DNA from: Patescibacteria group bacterium
GTDB lineage: Bacteria > Patescibacteriota > Patescibacteriia > Veblenbacterales > UBA10138
Length of the DNA: 64,000 nt
NCBI GenBank assembly: GCA_018817715.1
Contig: JAHITT010000004.1
Span: 125,784 to 189,783, forward strand
Direction: 5' to 3'
Part shown: positions 17,965 through 29,800 of the stretch, piece by piece
Layout: each line of letters opens with the position of its first letter
Numbering within the stretch: position 1 is the first letter of the stretch
The notes under the pieces: model-generated
What the model was told of the DNA's origin: nothing
The model's database searches: none
Seen by the model: only the letters and a program-made list of their open reading frames with translations
Position numbers and translations under genes: made by a program

Positions 17965-19200
17965 CTAATTGTTCAACTTAATACTTCTTAACTGTCTAGT
18001 AGCTGAATCCGTAAAATAAAGCCACTGACCATCTTTAGAAACAGTTACCTCACCGACACTCATTCCCTCACCCCGCTCGTTTACCGGACTAGCTAAAAGA
18101 ATGGCCGAACCTGTGCCCAAATCTACTCGCCAAATATTATCTGGCTGACCTGTGGCTAATTCTGGTACCAAACCGGCTCCCTGGGGCATTTCTTGTGGAG
18201 CTGTGCAATAAGCTGCTGAACCAGTCAAGGTACACCTATCGGCCCAAGTAGCAATATTTAACTGACGTTTATTGGTTCCCACATTATCCGTACTAGCGTT
18301 TACTAACCATAAAGCTGGTTTAAAATCCGTTTTATCACTATAAACAGAATATAATAATTTTTGACCATCGGGTGACCACTTAGAATTAAAACCTCGACCA
18401 TCTACATATAAACCCTTAAAATTTTCCTGATTAAAACCAATTAATAATACTTGCTGAGAAAAGGCTGTATTATCGGTACCGGTTCTCGATAAAGCCACCA
18501 CCTGATTATTGGGCGACCAAGCAACTTCTACCTTGCTGGCGTTTTCACCCATAGGTTCTATGCCAGTTAACCCGGATCCATCGCTGTTTATTTTTACCAC
18601 CCAACGATCATTAACGCTATCAGCCAAATATTTACCGGCGATTTGGCCACTATCTGGCGAAAAAGAAAATTCAGCCATTTCTTTAGGCAAGGTATATTGT
18701 TTTTTTGATTTAAAATCATACACAATATTAGCACCATCGGGAAATTCTAAAACAGCCTTATCGCTATCTTTAGACCAAGTAACATTTTGCACGCTACAAT
18801 AATCTGTTTGATTAATCACCCTTTTAACACCACTGGCATCTATTTCATAAAATTTACAATCCTGCGGATTATAATACCTAAGGCGCCCAGAAGCTGTGTC
18901 TGGTTTAACCACTGGATCAGTCGTAACCAAAGGTAAAGCTTCGGCACCCCCTTGATCCAAACCTGTTCCTGGCCCACCTGGAGTTACTGTATCGGCTCCA
19001 GGCAAAGTACCGGTACCAGGCTCGGTTGTTGTACCGCTACCCGGTCCAGTTATGGGAAAATTAGTTTGACCGCCTGGCGTAATAACCGATGGTTGAACTT
19101 TGGGCCGCCATAATAAATACAAAAACCAAACTATTAAACCAATAGCCACAACTATTAATACACCAATCCAAAATTTTTTACTTTTTAAAAATTGCCACAT
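17965..19200 (-). CDS. Membrane-anchored beta-propeller (TolB/WD40-like) protein
   Basis: N-terminal TM, Pro/Gly/Thr linker and repeated WSPDG/FSPDS/WSKDS blade motifs. Confidence 0.7.
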   Translation of the reverse strand: MWQFLKSKKFWIGVLIVVAIGLIVWFLYLLWRPKVQPSVITPGGQTNFPITGPGSGTTTEPGTGTLPGADTVTPGGPGTGLDQGGAEALPLVTTDPVVKPDTASGRLRYYNPQDCKFYEIDASGVKRVINQTDYCSVQNVTWSKDSDKAVLEFPDGANIVYDFKSKKQYTLPKEMAEFSFSPDSGQIAGKYLADSVNDRWVVKINSDGSGLTGIEPMGENASKVEVAWSPNNQVVALSRTGTDNTAFSQQVLLIGFNQENFKGLYVDGRGFNSKWSPDGQKLLYSVYSDKTDFKPALWLVNASTDNVGTNKRQLNIATWADRCTLTGSAAYCTAPQEMPQGAGLVPELATGQPDNIWRVDLGTGSAILLASPVNERGEGMSVGEVTVSKDGQWLYFTDSATRQLRSIKLNN

Positions 19201-19206
19201 AATATT

Positions 19207-20727
19207 TTATCTATCAGGAAATTCTGTGTCTGTAATATTTAAATCGCAAGCGATTGGTTGCATTTTACCATTACTATCAAACGGCTGGAATAATTTATCA
19301 GCACTAACCTTCGTATAATCAATATCATCCGCTAATAAATCTAAAGCACAAATCGGATAGCCACTATGCCAACGCGTTACACCTATCCCGTTATTGTCCA
19401 AAATTTTCTTACTTATAGTACCACAAGTTGAAGCATCTATAGCATACCAATCATCACAACCGTCCGATTCCCTTTCCACCAACAAAGCCAAACCCTTAAC
19501 CCCGCCCGCTGCTGCACAATGATTGGTATTCTTTAAAGTCAAACCACTCCAACAACCCGTCAAAGTATAATAACCATTATTTTCCACATCCATAGTATCA
19601 CTAATAGTACCATTCGGTTTCATCATGCCACAATCAAAACCTACTTTATCACCGTTATTGCAGATTAATAAAGCATCTAACCTGTTTACTTCTATACCCA
19701 CTAACTTACCCTTTAACATATAGCTACTGCAAGCATAAGGAAAACCCTCCCGAGAAGAATTTTTAAAACAACCCTGACCTGTTTCCTGACATTCCAAACC
19801 AGTACATTCACCAGTACTCAAAACCAATTTTTTACCACAACTGCTACTAGGGGAATTTTTGCCTTGCCGTTCCACACAGGTACCATTTTTTGTTTCACCA
19901 GCCGCTGGCTTACAATCTTCATCTTTAAAACAAGGTAGTCTATCAAATGAACCACCGACACATTCATAATAAGTGTACCCGGCATTATACAAAGATTTGG
20001 CTTCTTGGTATGCAGGGCAAAAACCAAATATTTCCGGCTTAACCATTTCTATGCCCGGCAAGGTATTTTTAACCAAAGCCGGGTTAACCAGTTGCAGTAA
20101 AGAATAAGACATTAAAGCGATTACTAAACCGACAATAGCACTAATAATAGTAGAATTGGCATTCTTTATGGTTTCAGCACTACCGGCCGCGGCAATACGT
20201 TTAAAACCGCCCCACATTATCATAACCACAGCAGCTACAGCCAAAAAACCAATAAAAAATTTATAAAAGGCTGCCAAATAACCAGGAAAACCACCAGTAA
20301 TCCCTGGTCGGCAAAAACCCAAACCTTTTTGCTGACAATCTTGATCAGTAGAACAAGAAGTTGGCTCCTCGCCTAAAGTATAACTGGAACAAAATTTTTC
20401 ACTAACTCCCGGTATACCTACTTGTAAGGGTATAGAGGGGCTGGGGGCAAAACAACGAGCCGTGGCCTGACCGCCAACTTCATCACAATTTTGACAACTG
20501 ATATTAGTCGGATTAGCGGCACAACCACCCGGCAAAACAGAAGGATCTTTTTCCCATAAGCCTTTGCCCTCTTTACAATTATCTTCAAACCAACAACGTT
20601 GCTGAACAAAATCTCCAGCCGCCGCTTTGGCGCTATAACTAAAAATAAAAAATAAAACCAAACTAAAAAAGAAAAATAATAATACTTTTGATGGCTTTAT
20701 TAAAAAAAATCTTTGTAAAATAATCAT
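19207..20727 (-). CDS. Second VirB2/TrbC-like pilin fusion with Cys-rich N- and C-terminal domains
   Basis: Signal peptide, a pilin module near-identical to that of 15463-16941, and many Cys on both sides. ATG 20727 preferred. Confidence 0.75.
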   Translation of the reverse strand: MIILQRFFLIKPSKVLLFFFFSLVLFFIFSYSAKAAAGDFVQQRCWFEDNCKEGKGLWEKDPSVLPGGCAANPTNISCQNCDEVGGQATARCFAPSPSIPLQVGIPGVSEKFCSSYTLGEEPTSCSTDQDCQQKGLGFCRPGITGGFPGYLAAFYKFFIGFLAVAAVVMIMWGGFKRIAAAGSAETIKNANSTIISAIVGLVIALMSYSLLQLVNPALVKNTLPGIEMVKPEIFGFCPAYQEAKSLYNAGYTYYECVGGSFDRLPCFKDEDCKPAAGETKNGTCVERQGKNSPSSSCGKKLVLSTGECTGLECQETGQGCFKNSSREGFPYACSSYMLKGKLVGIEVNRLDALLICNNGDKVGFDCGMMKPNGTISDTMDVENNGYYTLTGCWSGLTLKNTNHCAAAGGVKGLALLVERESDGCDDWYAIDASTCGTISKKILDNNGIGVTRWHSGYPICALDLLADDIDYTKVSADKLFQPFDSNGKMQPIACDLNITDTEFPDR

Positions 20728-20737
20728 AAAATAAAAA

Positions 20738-21115
20738 CTACTTAGCAATTGCCTCAATTGCCGCCTCCATACCAACAAAAGGAGTTGATACTGCCTTTAA
20801 ACCAAAAGTGGACACGCACTGAAAAGTATTATCTAAACACCAAGCCGACACAATAATAACAATTAAAACCCCTAAAATCACCCAAGTTATAGGATTGCCT
20901 AATATAGAAGCCACGACACTAATTAACCAAATCATTATTCTCTTCTTAATCTTTGCCTTAATTTTCTGAACTGCTTGTGTCTTAGCTTCACCTAAAGCAG
21001 CTTGCTGGCCCAAATTTTGTGCCTGTTTTAACACTTGTTGACGCCTAGCCATTTCCAGTTGTTCCTGGTATTGTTGTTGCATTTCTTGCTCTTTTTGTTC
21101 TGGTTGGTCGGGCAT
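20738..21115 (-). CDS. Hypothetical membrane protein
   Basis: Gln-rich N-terminus, two TM segments, co-oriented within the T4SS-like locus. Confidence 0.6.
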   Translation of the reverse strand: MPDQPEQKEQEMQQQYQEQLEMARRQQVLKQAQNLGQQAALGEAKTQAVQKIKAKIKKRIMIWLISVVASILGNPITWVILGVLIVIIVSAWCLDNTFQCVSTFGLKAVSTPFVGMEAAIEAIAK

Positions 21116-21193
21116 AATTTATAAAAACCCTAATTACTAATTTCTAAATCCTAATAAAATTCAAAACCACAACTTAAATTTAATATTCTTTTA

Positions 21194-21238
21194 TGTCATC
21201 CTGAAATTACCTGATTCTTCGTTTCGCTCCGAATGACA
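21194..21238. repeat. Degenerate GTCAT...ATGAC palindromic REP/MITE-like element
   Basis: TGTCATCCTGA...GATTCTTCGTTTCGCTCCGAATGACA resembles the widespread GTCATCCTGAG...GATTCTTCGCT.CGCTCAGAATGAC repeats. Confidence 0.5.
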
Positions 21239-21271
21239 CAATTTTTAGTTTTAATTTGTGCTTTTTATTTT

Positions 21272-21853
21272 TTACTGCCACTCGGCGCCATTTACTAACC
21301 AATCATTATTAATTAAAATCATTTTTAGTTCAATAGCTTGATATTTTATAGTTGCTTCACCATCGCGTGCTTTACTTTCCTGACGCTGAGTACTAACCAA
21401 AACTGTAGCTTGATTTGTTTGGCTAGCTAATACTTCCACTGCCAAAGCCCTAGTAGCCACACTATAAAAAACATCGGTTAACTCCTGGTTAAGCAAAGAA
21501 TTCAAATAACTTTGATAAGCTGGGGTAGTTAAATCAGCCACACTAATTAAATTGGCAAAAGGGTTGTCAGTTGAATAAGAACCAAATTTCTCAACAAATA
21601 AACGTGCCTTGGCTTGTCTGGCATACTGCTGACTATCCGCTGAACTCGTTGCCTCTAAATTATCTAAAGGTAGTTCAATTGTAGAATTATTATTAGTAAT
21701 GGCCGAAAGACTATCGTCTAACTCGGTAATTTCCTGGTTACCAGGCATTTTAGGGGACTCTTGACCCTTAAATTGCCACAAAATAGCAACCACTATTAAT
21801 AAAACAACAATTGAACTTATGATGATGATTAGGTGACGGCGAGAGAGGTACAT
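21272..21853 (-). CDS. Bitopic membrane protein, possible NTF2-like (VirB8-like) subunit
   Basis: Single N-terminal TM and a C-terminal alpha+beta domain ending ...WLVNGAEWQ, directly downstream of the VirB4-like gene. The fold is an inference. Confidence 0.5.
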   Translation of the reverse strand: MYLSRRHLIIIISSIVVLLIVVAILWQFKGQESPKMPGNQEITELDDSLSAITNNNSTIELPLDNLEATSSADSQQYARQAKARLFVEKFGSYSTDNPFANLISVADLTTPAYQSYLNSLLNQELTDVFYSVATRALAVEVLASQTNQATVLVSTQRQESKARDGEATIKYQAIELKMILINNDWLVNGAEWQ

Positions 21854-21928
21854 AAAACTGAAGGCTAAATAGTAAGGGTGCTAATTAAAAATCCTAAATT
21901 ATAAATATCAAATCTTCAAACTAATTAT

Positions 21929-23803
21929 CTATCCTATTTCCGGTTCTTGCAGGCTTTGTTCAAAATCTTTTTTAGCCTGCTCTATTTCCAACAATTGCCT
22001 AGGATCGGAAGTTATTAATTGATCTTCGGTATAAGAAGCCACTATTTTAATAGCGGCATGCTTAGCGCCAGCAAAAAATATTCCTTCACCCACACCACAC
22101 TCCAAAAGCAAATATTTTTCCCCTTCCGTCAATAAGAAAACAGAAGCGATTTTATCTATGGCCGCCGATGATTGTTTAAGCAGTAACTGTAAAGAAGAGT
22201 TAGTTACTATGGCCTGACCATAAGGTGAATTTAAAAAGTCATTAACATCTTGGGTAATAGTTGTAACACCCAAATAATACTTACGGCAACGTTTAACTAA
22301 AGCAAAAATAAACTTGGCGCTATCTTCGTTCTGCATTAACCACCAAGCTTCATCAATTACCAAAACTCGCTTTTTCATTTCCGAACGAACCACGTTCCAA
22401 ATATAATTAACTATGGTATAAATAGCGATCGGTCTTAACTCATCTTCCAAATCTCGGACCGAAAAAACCACCAATTGGTTCTTCATATCCACAGTGGTCG
22501 GACTATTAAATAATCCAGAAAAAGTGCCTTCGGTATATTTTTTAATTCTTAATACTAAACTTTCTCCACCTTCCATACCGGCCAAAACTTCCTGAAAATC
22601 CGACATAACTGGCGGTTCTACCTGAGATAAATCAGAAGAAATGGTAATATCTTTTTTAGCGTAAGTTTCCAGCAATGCTCGGTCTATCAAAGAATCTTCT
22701 TGATGAGTTAAATTACCCAACATTAAACGCATTAAACCTTTTAAGGTTATAACAGCCGAACGAATAATATCACCAGCCTTAACATCACCCACCGGCCGAG
22801 GTAAATCAAAAGGATTAATCTTGGCTTCAGAATTAAGAGAAATATTAACATAACTACCACCTACGGCCGCTGATAAATGTTTGTATTCCATTTCTGGGTC
22901 AATAATAATAACATCCGTGCCCATCATTAAAGAACGCAAAACTTCTAATTTAACAGCATAACTTTTACCCGCACCTGAAGTGGCAAAAACTACTGAGTTA
23001 GCGTTTTGCAAACTAAAACGATCAAATAGAATCAAAGAATTATTATGCCGATTGATGCCATATAATATACCATCGTCGCTAGTTAATTCGGCCGACATAA
23101 AAGGAAAGGATGAAGCGACCGGCGAAGAATTCATATTAAAATAAACCTGCAATTCATCCATACCCAAAGGCAAGGTTGAATTAAAACCCTGCTCCGCTTG
23201 CCACAAAGCCCGCCGAGAATAAACCAACTTAGAACCAAACAAACCTTCCACTTGTTGAGTTATTTTGTCTAACTCTTTTAGGGTAGACGCATACAAAGTT
23301 ACATATAAAGCATATTGAAAAAACCTTTCTGATCCTTGAGTCAAATTATCCCTTAATTGTTCAATATCCTGTAAAGCTGTCTCCCGAACCGGATCCCTAG
23401 GCGCTCCTTTTTCCCGATCAGCCATCATTTGCGCTTCTAGGGCACCAACTTTATTCCTAAGTTGTTTTAAAATTACTTCGGACGGTATCATATAAAAATA
23501 CATACCCACATCCAAAGTAACATTAAGATTAACTACCGGCACAAACCAACCTAAAGAAATATACCGAGGATAAGCCATTACAAAAATGGTACGTAAAAAC
23601 TGTCCGTTTAACTCTATGTGATTAGGCGTTACCTTAAAAGCTGCCGGAGCAATAAGTTCTTTTATTTTAACCGAACCCTCGCGCAATACTTTTTCCGCTT
23701 CAATCAATTCCTTTTCTGAAGATACGGTCATAGACGAACCAGCTTGTTCCAACTGCTCTTGGTCTTGTAATTCTTTTTTTGCTTGGTGTATAGAAATAGC
23801 CAT
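21929..23803 (-). CDS. virB4: VirB4-like (TraC/ConE-type) secretion ATPase
   Basis: LYGIN, FDRF, Walker A ATSGAGKS, IIDPE.EY, INPFD, Walker B VIDEAW, RKY and ITQ.V.DF motifs. Confidence 0.88.
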   Translation of the reverse strand: MAISIHQAKKELQDQEQLEQAGSSMTVSSEKELIEAEKVLREGSVKIKELIAPAAFKVTPNHIELNGQFLRTIFVMAYPRYISLGWFVPVVNLNVTLDVGMYFYMIPSEVILKQLRNKVGALEAQMMADREKGAPRDPVRETALQDIEQLRDNLTQGSERFFQYALYVTLYASTLKELDKITQQVEGLFGSKLVYSRRALWQAEQGFNSTLPLGMDELQVYFNMNSSPVASSFPFMSAELTSDDGILYGINRHNNSLILFDRFSLQNANSVVFATSGAGKSYAVKLEVLRSLMMGTDVIIIDPEMEYKHLSAAVGGSYVNISLNSEAKINPFDLPRPVGDVKAGDIIRSAVITLKGLMRLMLGNLTHQEDSLIDRALLETYAKKDITISSDLSQVEPPVMSDFQEVLAGMEGGESLVLRIKKYTEGTFSGLFNSPTTVDMKNQLVVFSVRDLEDELRPIAIYTIVNYIWNVVRSEMKKRVLVIDEAWWLMQNEDSAKFIFALVKRCRKYYLGVTTITQDVNDFLNSPYGQAIVTNSSLQLLLKQSSAAIDKIASVFLLTEGEKYLLLECGVGEGIFFAGAKHAAIKIVASYTEDQLITSDPRQLLEIEQAKKDFEQSLQEPEIG

Positions 23804-23841
23804 AAAATAATAAATTCAGAGTCAAAAATTATGAATAAACT

Positions 23842-24531
23842 CTATTCTGCTTCCACTTCCAATTTATCCATATTAACCAATTTTTGCTGTTGAGATAATT
23901 CTGGATTATAACTAGTATAATAAAGTTCTACTAAGCCTTGAGTGTCCAAACGAACGCTCTTAAGTCCCAAAGAAGACAAACCACCCGACACCGAATAAAC
24001 TCTTTGCTCTAAAGATTCTAAATAATGAACAAAACGCTCCCGAGAAAGTTGGATGGATTTAGCCGCCGAAAATATTGCTACCAATCTTTGCCAAAAACCA
24101 CGACTTTTATCAGCTCCTGGATTATAAGGTACCACCACATAAAAACGCTTAGTCATAATATCCCCCAAACCAATCAACTCTTTAATATAACCAATATAAT
24201 CTGTCATTTGAACACGCAATAATTCATTAGTTTGTTGTTTTAGTAGGCCACCTAATTTGTCCAAATAACCATCAATATTTAATCGGCGAGATTGGATAAC
24301 AATTTGTAAAGGAAATTCTAAAGAATTTAAAAATTGAACATAACCTTGAATAATGGCCTCTTGCTCTTGTTCACTTTTTAAAACAAAGTTAACTGAAGAG
24401 CAAAGCAAAACCGCCCTTAAAGTACCATCTTTAAGAACAACGGCATCTTCTCTGATTTCTTGAATAGCTAAATGAGAAACCGTGGAAGCCAGTTGGGATT
24501 TTTTACCTGATAATTCTTTTTTAGTAGCCAT
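23842..24531 (-). CDS. TraC/VirB4 N-terminal-like accessory protein
   Basis: SSVNF.LKS..EQ.AII..Y..FLNSL.FP.QI motif; lies between prgI and virB4. Confidence 0.7.
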   Translation of the reverse strand: MATKKELSGKKSQLASTVSHLAIQEIREDAVVLKDGTLRAVLLCSSVNFVLKSEQEQEAIIQGYVQFLNSLEFPLQIVIQSRRLNIDGYLDKLGGLLKQQTNELLRVQMTDYIGYIKELIGLGDIMTKRFYVVVPYNPGADKSRGFWQRLVAIFSAAKSIQLSRERFVHYLESLEQRVYSVSGGLSSLGLKSVRLDTQGLVELYYTSYNPELSQQQKLVNMDKLEVEAE

Positions 24532-24537
24532 AAATAA

Positions 24538-24981
24538 TTATTGATTAATATCTTCTTCCGGATTATAAGCCCCGCCGGTATCTACCATTAAAACTAATTC
24601 CTGTAAGCGCGACTTATTAAAAGGTTGTTTGCTGGAAAGGCTAACTTTAGCCGGCATAACCACTGGCCGACGAACAGCCTTTTTTAAATCTTCCTCATTT
24701 ATTTCTTTCCGCCATATTCTCTCTTTGGGTTGTTTAATACCTTGGAATAAATTCAATAAAAAATAATGAACGGGCATACCATTAACTTTAACAAAAGAGA
24801 AAATAATAGATAAACCAGCTGTTATAATTCCCAACAATAAAAATAAAGCAAAATCAAATAGCTTAAATTCAGCAAACACCAAAAAACCACCAATCATTAA
24901 TATAATAAATTGTCGACTGGTTATCGGACCAAAAATTTTGTCCTCAATGTCTATAAATTGTGGTACCACAAACTGTTTCAT
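24538..24981 (-). CDS. PrgI-family (VirB3-like) membrane protein
   Basis: QF.VPQFID.EDKI.GP.T.RQF plus two TM helices. Confidence 0.85.
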   Translation of the reverse strand: MKQFVVPQFIDIEDKIFGPITSRQFIILMIGGFLVFAEFKLFDFALFLLLGIITAGLSIIFSFVKVNGMPVHYFLLNLFQGIKQPKERIWRKEINEEDLKKAVRRPVVMPAKVSLSSKQPFNKSRLQELVLMVDTGGAYNPEEDINQ

Positions 24982-24986
24982 AAATT

Positions 24987-26846
24987 CTAGAACCTTAATT
25001 TTTCATTAAAATCCACTACCGCCTGGAACTCTTCTTCTGTTAAATAAATTTGGCCAACCAGCGATTGCTCGGAAATAATTTGACTGATTGATTTACCATG
25101 CTCAATACTTAGACGGCCTAAATCTAAATAATTACGATAAACCTCGGAGGCCTGCCAAGAACGAATAGCTTCAATTTTTTTAGCTATGGAAGTTTCACCA
25201 ATTAATTCTATTTTAGTTTGTATCTTACGCAAAGCCTCTGTAGGCTTAACAGACAAACGCCGAAAATCCACTAAGGTCAAGGTCTTTAATTCTTCTAAAG
25301 GACCTAAAAGTCTAGACGGCGCTTTAACATCAGTAAGTTGCGGTTTAGGTTTAGTTAAAATAACTGGCTGATCGGATTTAATAGAAGAATTTTTATTACT
25401 AACCGGACTAGCCGAACCAACAGAAACGGCAGCCGACCTGGCTAATTCTTGTAAAACTTTTTGCCGATCTAACTTAACATCTTCTTTTTTAACAAATTCT
25501 ATTTTTGGTTTTACTGTAATTTCCGGCCTAACTATAGAAGCCTGAGGCGACTCCACCTTTTTAACCACAGGTAAAGCTACTGGCTTGGCTGGTAAAACTA
25601 CTGGCAATTCAGCGGCGATTAATTTATCTATCTCTTGTTTGCCAGTTGAAATTTTAGCCGGCTTATTATTTATCTTTAACGATTGACGATCAACAATTGG
25701 CGATTCAAAATCCTTTTTAGCTTTTTCGATTATACCGGCTACTTTATCGGCTACTGGTTCACTTAGACCTAACCCACCAACAGTTACCAACTTCATTAAT
25801 GATTCCTTAACCTCTACTTGATTACGCACCTCTTTAAGCCTAGAAACAAACAATAATTCAAAGCGCCGAGCATTTACTTCATCTTTAAAACTCAAATTAT
25901 TCTTAACTATTACTTCCTTAGCAAAATCCCTTAGCCTCTCTTCTAGGGGTACTTTTGGGGTCTGCTTTGTTTCGTTAGTTTGATCTCGGTATTTATCAGC
26001 TTCTTTTTCATCAGCCTCGTCAAACAAAAAAGCAGGAGCTGATGATTTTAAAACTTGAGGAGTATTAGATGTTTCTATTTTTACTTCTTTCAACTCTTTC
26101 TTAGGTAATATTTTACTTATTATAGGACCAGCATCAGCTTCTTGTATTTCTCTAACTTGACCTTTGTCTAAAATTATTTTTTTATCATTTTCTATAAAAC
26201 TACCTTTTTCTTCTAAACCTTCTGGGGTCAAAGAAGAATGCCCTAAATAATCAAACAAGACTAATAACTTTCTTACCTCCTCTTTAACAGCTGGGTCTAA
26301 TTTCTTTAAAGATTCTCTTTGGGACATATATTGCTCCCTCTTAAGAGAATCCGATATCTCCACACCAACCACTGAAATATAATCTTTAAGCCAATCACCA
26401 ACTGTACGCAAAGAACCGCTTGCTCCGTGACTTTCCACAAAAATAGCTCTACTATTAACTAAAACCTCTTTTAAATTTTTCTTTAAAATATCTCTATCTT
26501 CGTGTATTAAAATTCTTAAAAGCTTGGCTTCTAATTTAGCCAATAAATCAATTTCATTACTTCCTAATACTACTGATAAACCCTGACGAAAAAATTCTAG
26601 TACCTCATCATTATTCAAAAAAGGTAAACACTCTCCATGCAATAACCAAATAATTTTATTATAATTATTTTTGGTTAATTGATCTAACGACTTATCTTGT
26701 TCCACAGCTGATTTTATTTTTTTTAAAAATTCATAAGAGGTTCCAATATCGTCTTGGACAATCAACCAGTTAGCATAATCAGACAATCTTTCAAAAAATT
26801 GTTGGTCTCTTAAGGGAATATTCTTTATAATATTTTGTGTAACCAT
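24987..26846 (-). CDS. Conserved hypothetical cytoplasmic protein of the T4SS-like locus
   Basis: 619-aa ORF with GGLGL and a C-terminal GP.EEL...L.DFRRL...W..S..Y..Y pattern. No TM. Confidence 0.6.
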   Translation of the reverse strand: MVTQNIIKNIPLRDQQFFERLSDYANWLIVQDDIGTSYEFLKKIKSAVEQDKSLDQLTKNNYNKIIWLLHGECLPFLNNDEVLEFFRQGLSVVLGSNEIDLLAKLEAKLLRILIHEDRDILKKNLKEVLVNSRAIFVESHGASGSLRTVGDWLKDYISVVGVEISDSLKREQYMSQRESLKKLDPAVKEEVRKLLVLFDYLGHSSLTPEGLEEKGSFIENDKKIILDKGQVREIQEADAGPIISKILPKKELKEVKIETSNTPQVLKSSAPAFLFDEADEKEADKYRDQTNETKQTPKVPLEERLRDFAKEVIVKNNLSFKDEVNARRFELLFVSRLKEVRNQVEVKESLMKLVTVGGLGLSEPVADKVAGIIEKAKKDFESPIVDRQSLKINNKPAKISTGKQEIDKLIAAELPVVLPAKPVALPVVKKVESPQASIVRPEITVKPKIEFVKKEDVKLDRQKVLQELARSAAVSVGSASPVSNKNSSIKSDQPVILTKPKPQLTDVKAPSRLLGPLEELKTLTLVDFRRLSVKPTEALRKIQTKIELIGETSIAKKIEAIRSWQASEVYRNYLDLGRLSIEHGKSISQIISEQSLVGQIYLTEEEFQAVVDFNEKLRF

Positions 26847-26860
26847 AGTCTAGTACAGTA

Positions 26861-29800
26861 TTATTTGATTTTTAATATTTTTTTAATATCATCAAATTCG
26901 TCATGCATACCTGTACCATAATTTCGAACACGACCCATAATTGATTTAAATTGACCATACTGACTTCTAGCAATAATACCTGTTTTTTGGGCTAAATTAT
27001 CTAAATTTTCTAAATTATTATTAGAACCAACTTTAGTAGCTAGGTTAACATTAAAACGACCTCGACCCATCATATCAGGATATTTTGAATAATTTTCTAA
27101 AATATAAGCTTTACCAAAATCGTTCAATTCGAATTTTCTATTACGATGTTCTCTATAATATTTGGCTTTTTCTTCGCGACTAGCGTCAGCTGGCAAATTA
27201 CCATACTCAATTACTTCACGCCCATAAGCCAAACGATTTGCTCGACGGCTAAAGTTTTCAAAATCCTGTTTTCTAACTTCAGCTAAACATTCAATCATTC
27301 TCTCATCTTCATCAGCCCATTCTAAACGACCATTTTTTACATTAACAGCCCTAGCTACACCCCAGTGCTGTACACCTTCTCCGGTATAAGCTATATCACT
27401 AGCGACGGACAAAGCTTGCTCCCTAGCCATACCTAATTTTTTAATAAATATATCCTCAACAAATTGTTTTAACCCACCAGCATCTGAATCATAACCATAC
27501 ATATTAAAAAATTCATTCTCATTTCCATATTCTGTAGCTTTCAAGGCAGCTGCTGCCGCTCGATTAGAATCACCCACATGAACAGCATCTTCAAATATTT
27601 TAAATAATTCTTCCCAGTTATCTGTCGTCATATCACCCTTTTCTTTATTAATAGCCAAACGTTGATCGCGCCTAATACCATAATCAGTTGATGGGCTAAA
27701 TTTTTCTGCACTTTTACCTAAGACACCCGCTTCGTCTTTTAATTGTTTAATTTGTCTATTAAGCTCATCTAATTCACCCGCACCAACTGCCGAAGATTTA
27801 AAGTTTTCTTGCAACTTTTCCGCCTCTTTCCTTAATATAGATGCTTGTTTAATATTCTCGTCTTTTTCTTTTTTAGTAAGTTGGTCATTTCTTCTCAAGT
27901 TTTTCAAATCTTCATCAATTCTTCTTAATAAATCATTATCCTTTTTTAATAATTCATTAATTTCTTGCGGTGTTCTGCCTTTAACCTTCTCTTGAGTTCG
28001 ACGGTTTTCTCTATCTTTAATAACATCTTTTTTTTGTTCCTCTAATTTATCAATTTCCTTTTTTCTACTGTGTCTTTGTTGTTTTGTTAATTTGTCTGGA
28101 CCTAAATTATCAGCCTCAATTAATAATTTATCTATATCATCTTTTAGCTCATTGTTTTTTAAATCAGCCAATTCACTATTAGGTAATAACAATTTTTTAT
28201 TTATATCATCTAATTTTTTTCGTGCTTGTGAAAATTTCAACCTATTATTCTGTAATAATTTTTCTTTTCCCGAATCAGTACTCATGATATCTATTAACTT
28301 AGATAACTCATCCGCCTCCTCTTGTTTTTCCATAGCCTGACTGACCTTACCTTGCCCTTGAAAATTAGCCATTTCCTTTTTTAAAGATTCGAGATGAACG
28401 TGAGCCTGTTTAATATTTCGACCATCCTCAATCATTTTATAATCATCATCAAAAACCTTCAATTCTTCCTCAAATAATTTTTGACCTCCTAATAATTCTC
28501 CCCTATAAGAACCTCCTTTATCTCGCATTTTTAACTGCTCTTCTAATGCCTTAGCTTGCTCCAATTTTTCTTGTTGCTGTTGATAATGTTCAGCAGCTTT
28601 TTTACCTGTTACTTCATCCATATGCCCCGTAGCCACCTTACCCAAGGTACGCCAATTCCACTGATGTTCAAATAAATGCTCGGGCGAGCCCAATACTTGC
28701 CAAAAACTGCCTTTTTCCCGACGTTTAGAATAAACACTTTGACGAATAGTATCTCGTGATTCTTCACGCTTATGCTTACCCGCTTCCCAACCATGCTTCC
28801 ATTTTTCAATTGAACCTTGTACACCTAAACGAGCGGAAGCTTCTGACCACAAATAACTACCCAATTCCTTGGCTCCTTTACCAGCTAAACCAGCCACCCC
28901 CTTAGCCACTGTAAACGGCGATTTAACTATAGACGAACCTATACTCTGCATTTTAGCCAAGGCGCTACCGGCTAATTTACCACCCGCCACACCTAATTTT
29001 TGTGTCATCCACAAACCACCCAACAAAATAACAATATTAATTATAAAAGACAGTAAAATCTCTGATTGACCAATGCCGGTTATAGCCACCCCTGGCACAT
29101 CTTTAAAAGAATAATCACTTCCACTCTGACCGACAAAAGAATCCAAAACATTATTAGAGGTTTGCATCATGGACAAAGCCAACCATAGAAAAAAAGCTAA
29201 AATCGGACCAGCTGACAAATATTTACCAAAATACTCCCACCATTCTGAAGAATATTTTTTAGCTTGCCCAGGAAAAGCTGCTAACAAAAAAGCCAAAGGA
29301 GACATAATAGTTAACAGCCACAAAAAAGCTATTCGCACCAAAAAAACCACTAAATAAATAGCCACCACCACCATAGCCACAGTTATACTGATAAGAGCTA
29401 AAATACTGGCCACAAAAAAACTGTTTTCATTCGGAGTAGCTCCTTCAATGGTCTTGCTTTTAGAGAATTCAAACATTTCCGACAAATGAAAACCATTCAC
29501 CAAATTGCCAGCGGCCGCTTCTTTAAAACCATTAACAAAAGTCAACATGACCACCTGAGCAAAATCAATAAAAAAACCGGTTAACATTTTGGAAAAATTA
29601 ACCAGCACCGACATTATTAAAAGTTTACTTAATAGTTTTTTATATTGATACTCTTCTATGCGAAAAACTGTGGCAAAAGCTATAACCAACATCACCACGA
29701 TAACAAACATGTTGGCTAGATCCCTAATAATTACCCAGCCCTTAGCTACGGCCGGAGCATTTATAAAATCATTATATTGAACTATGCCAATTAAAATGCC

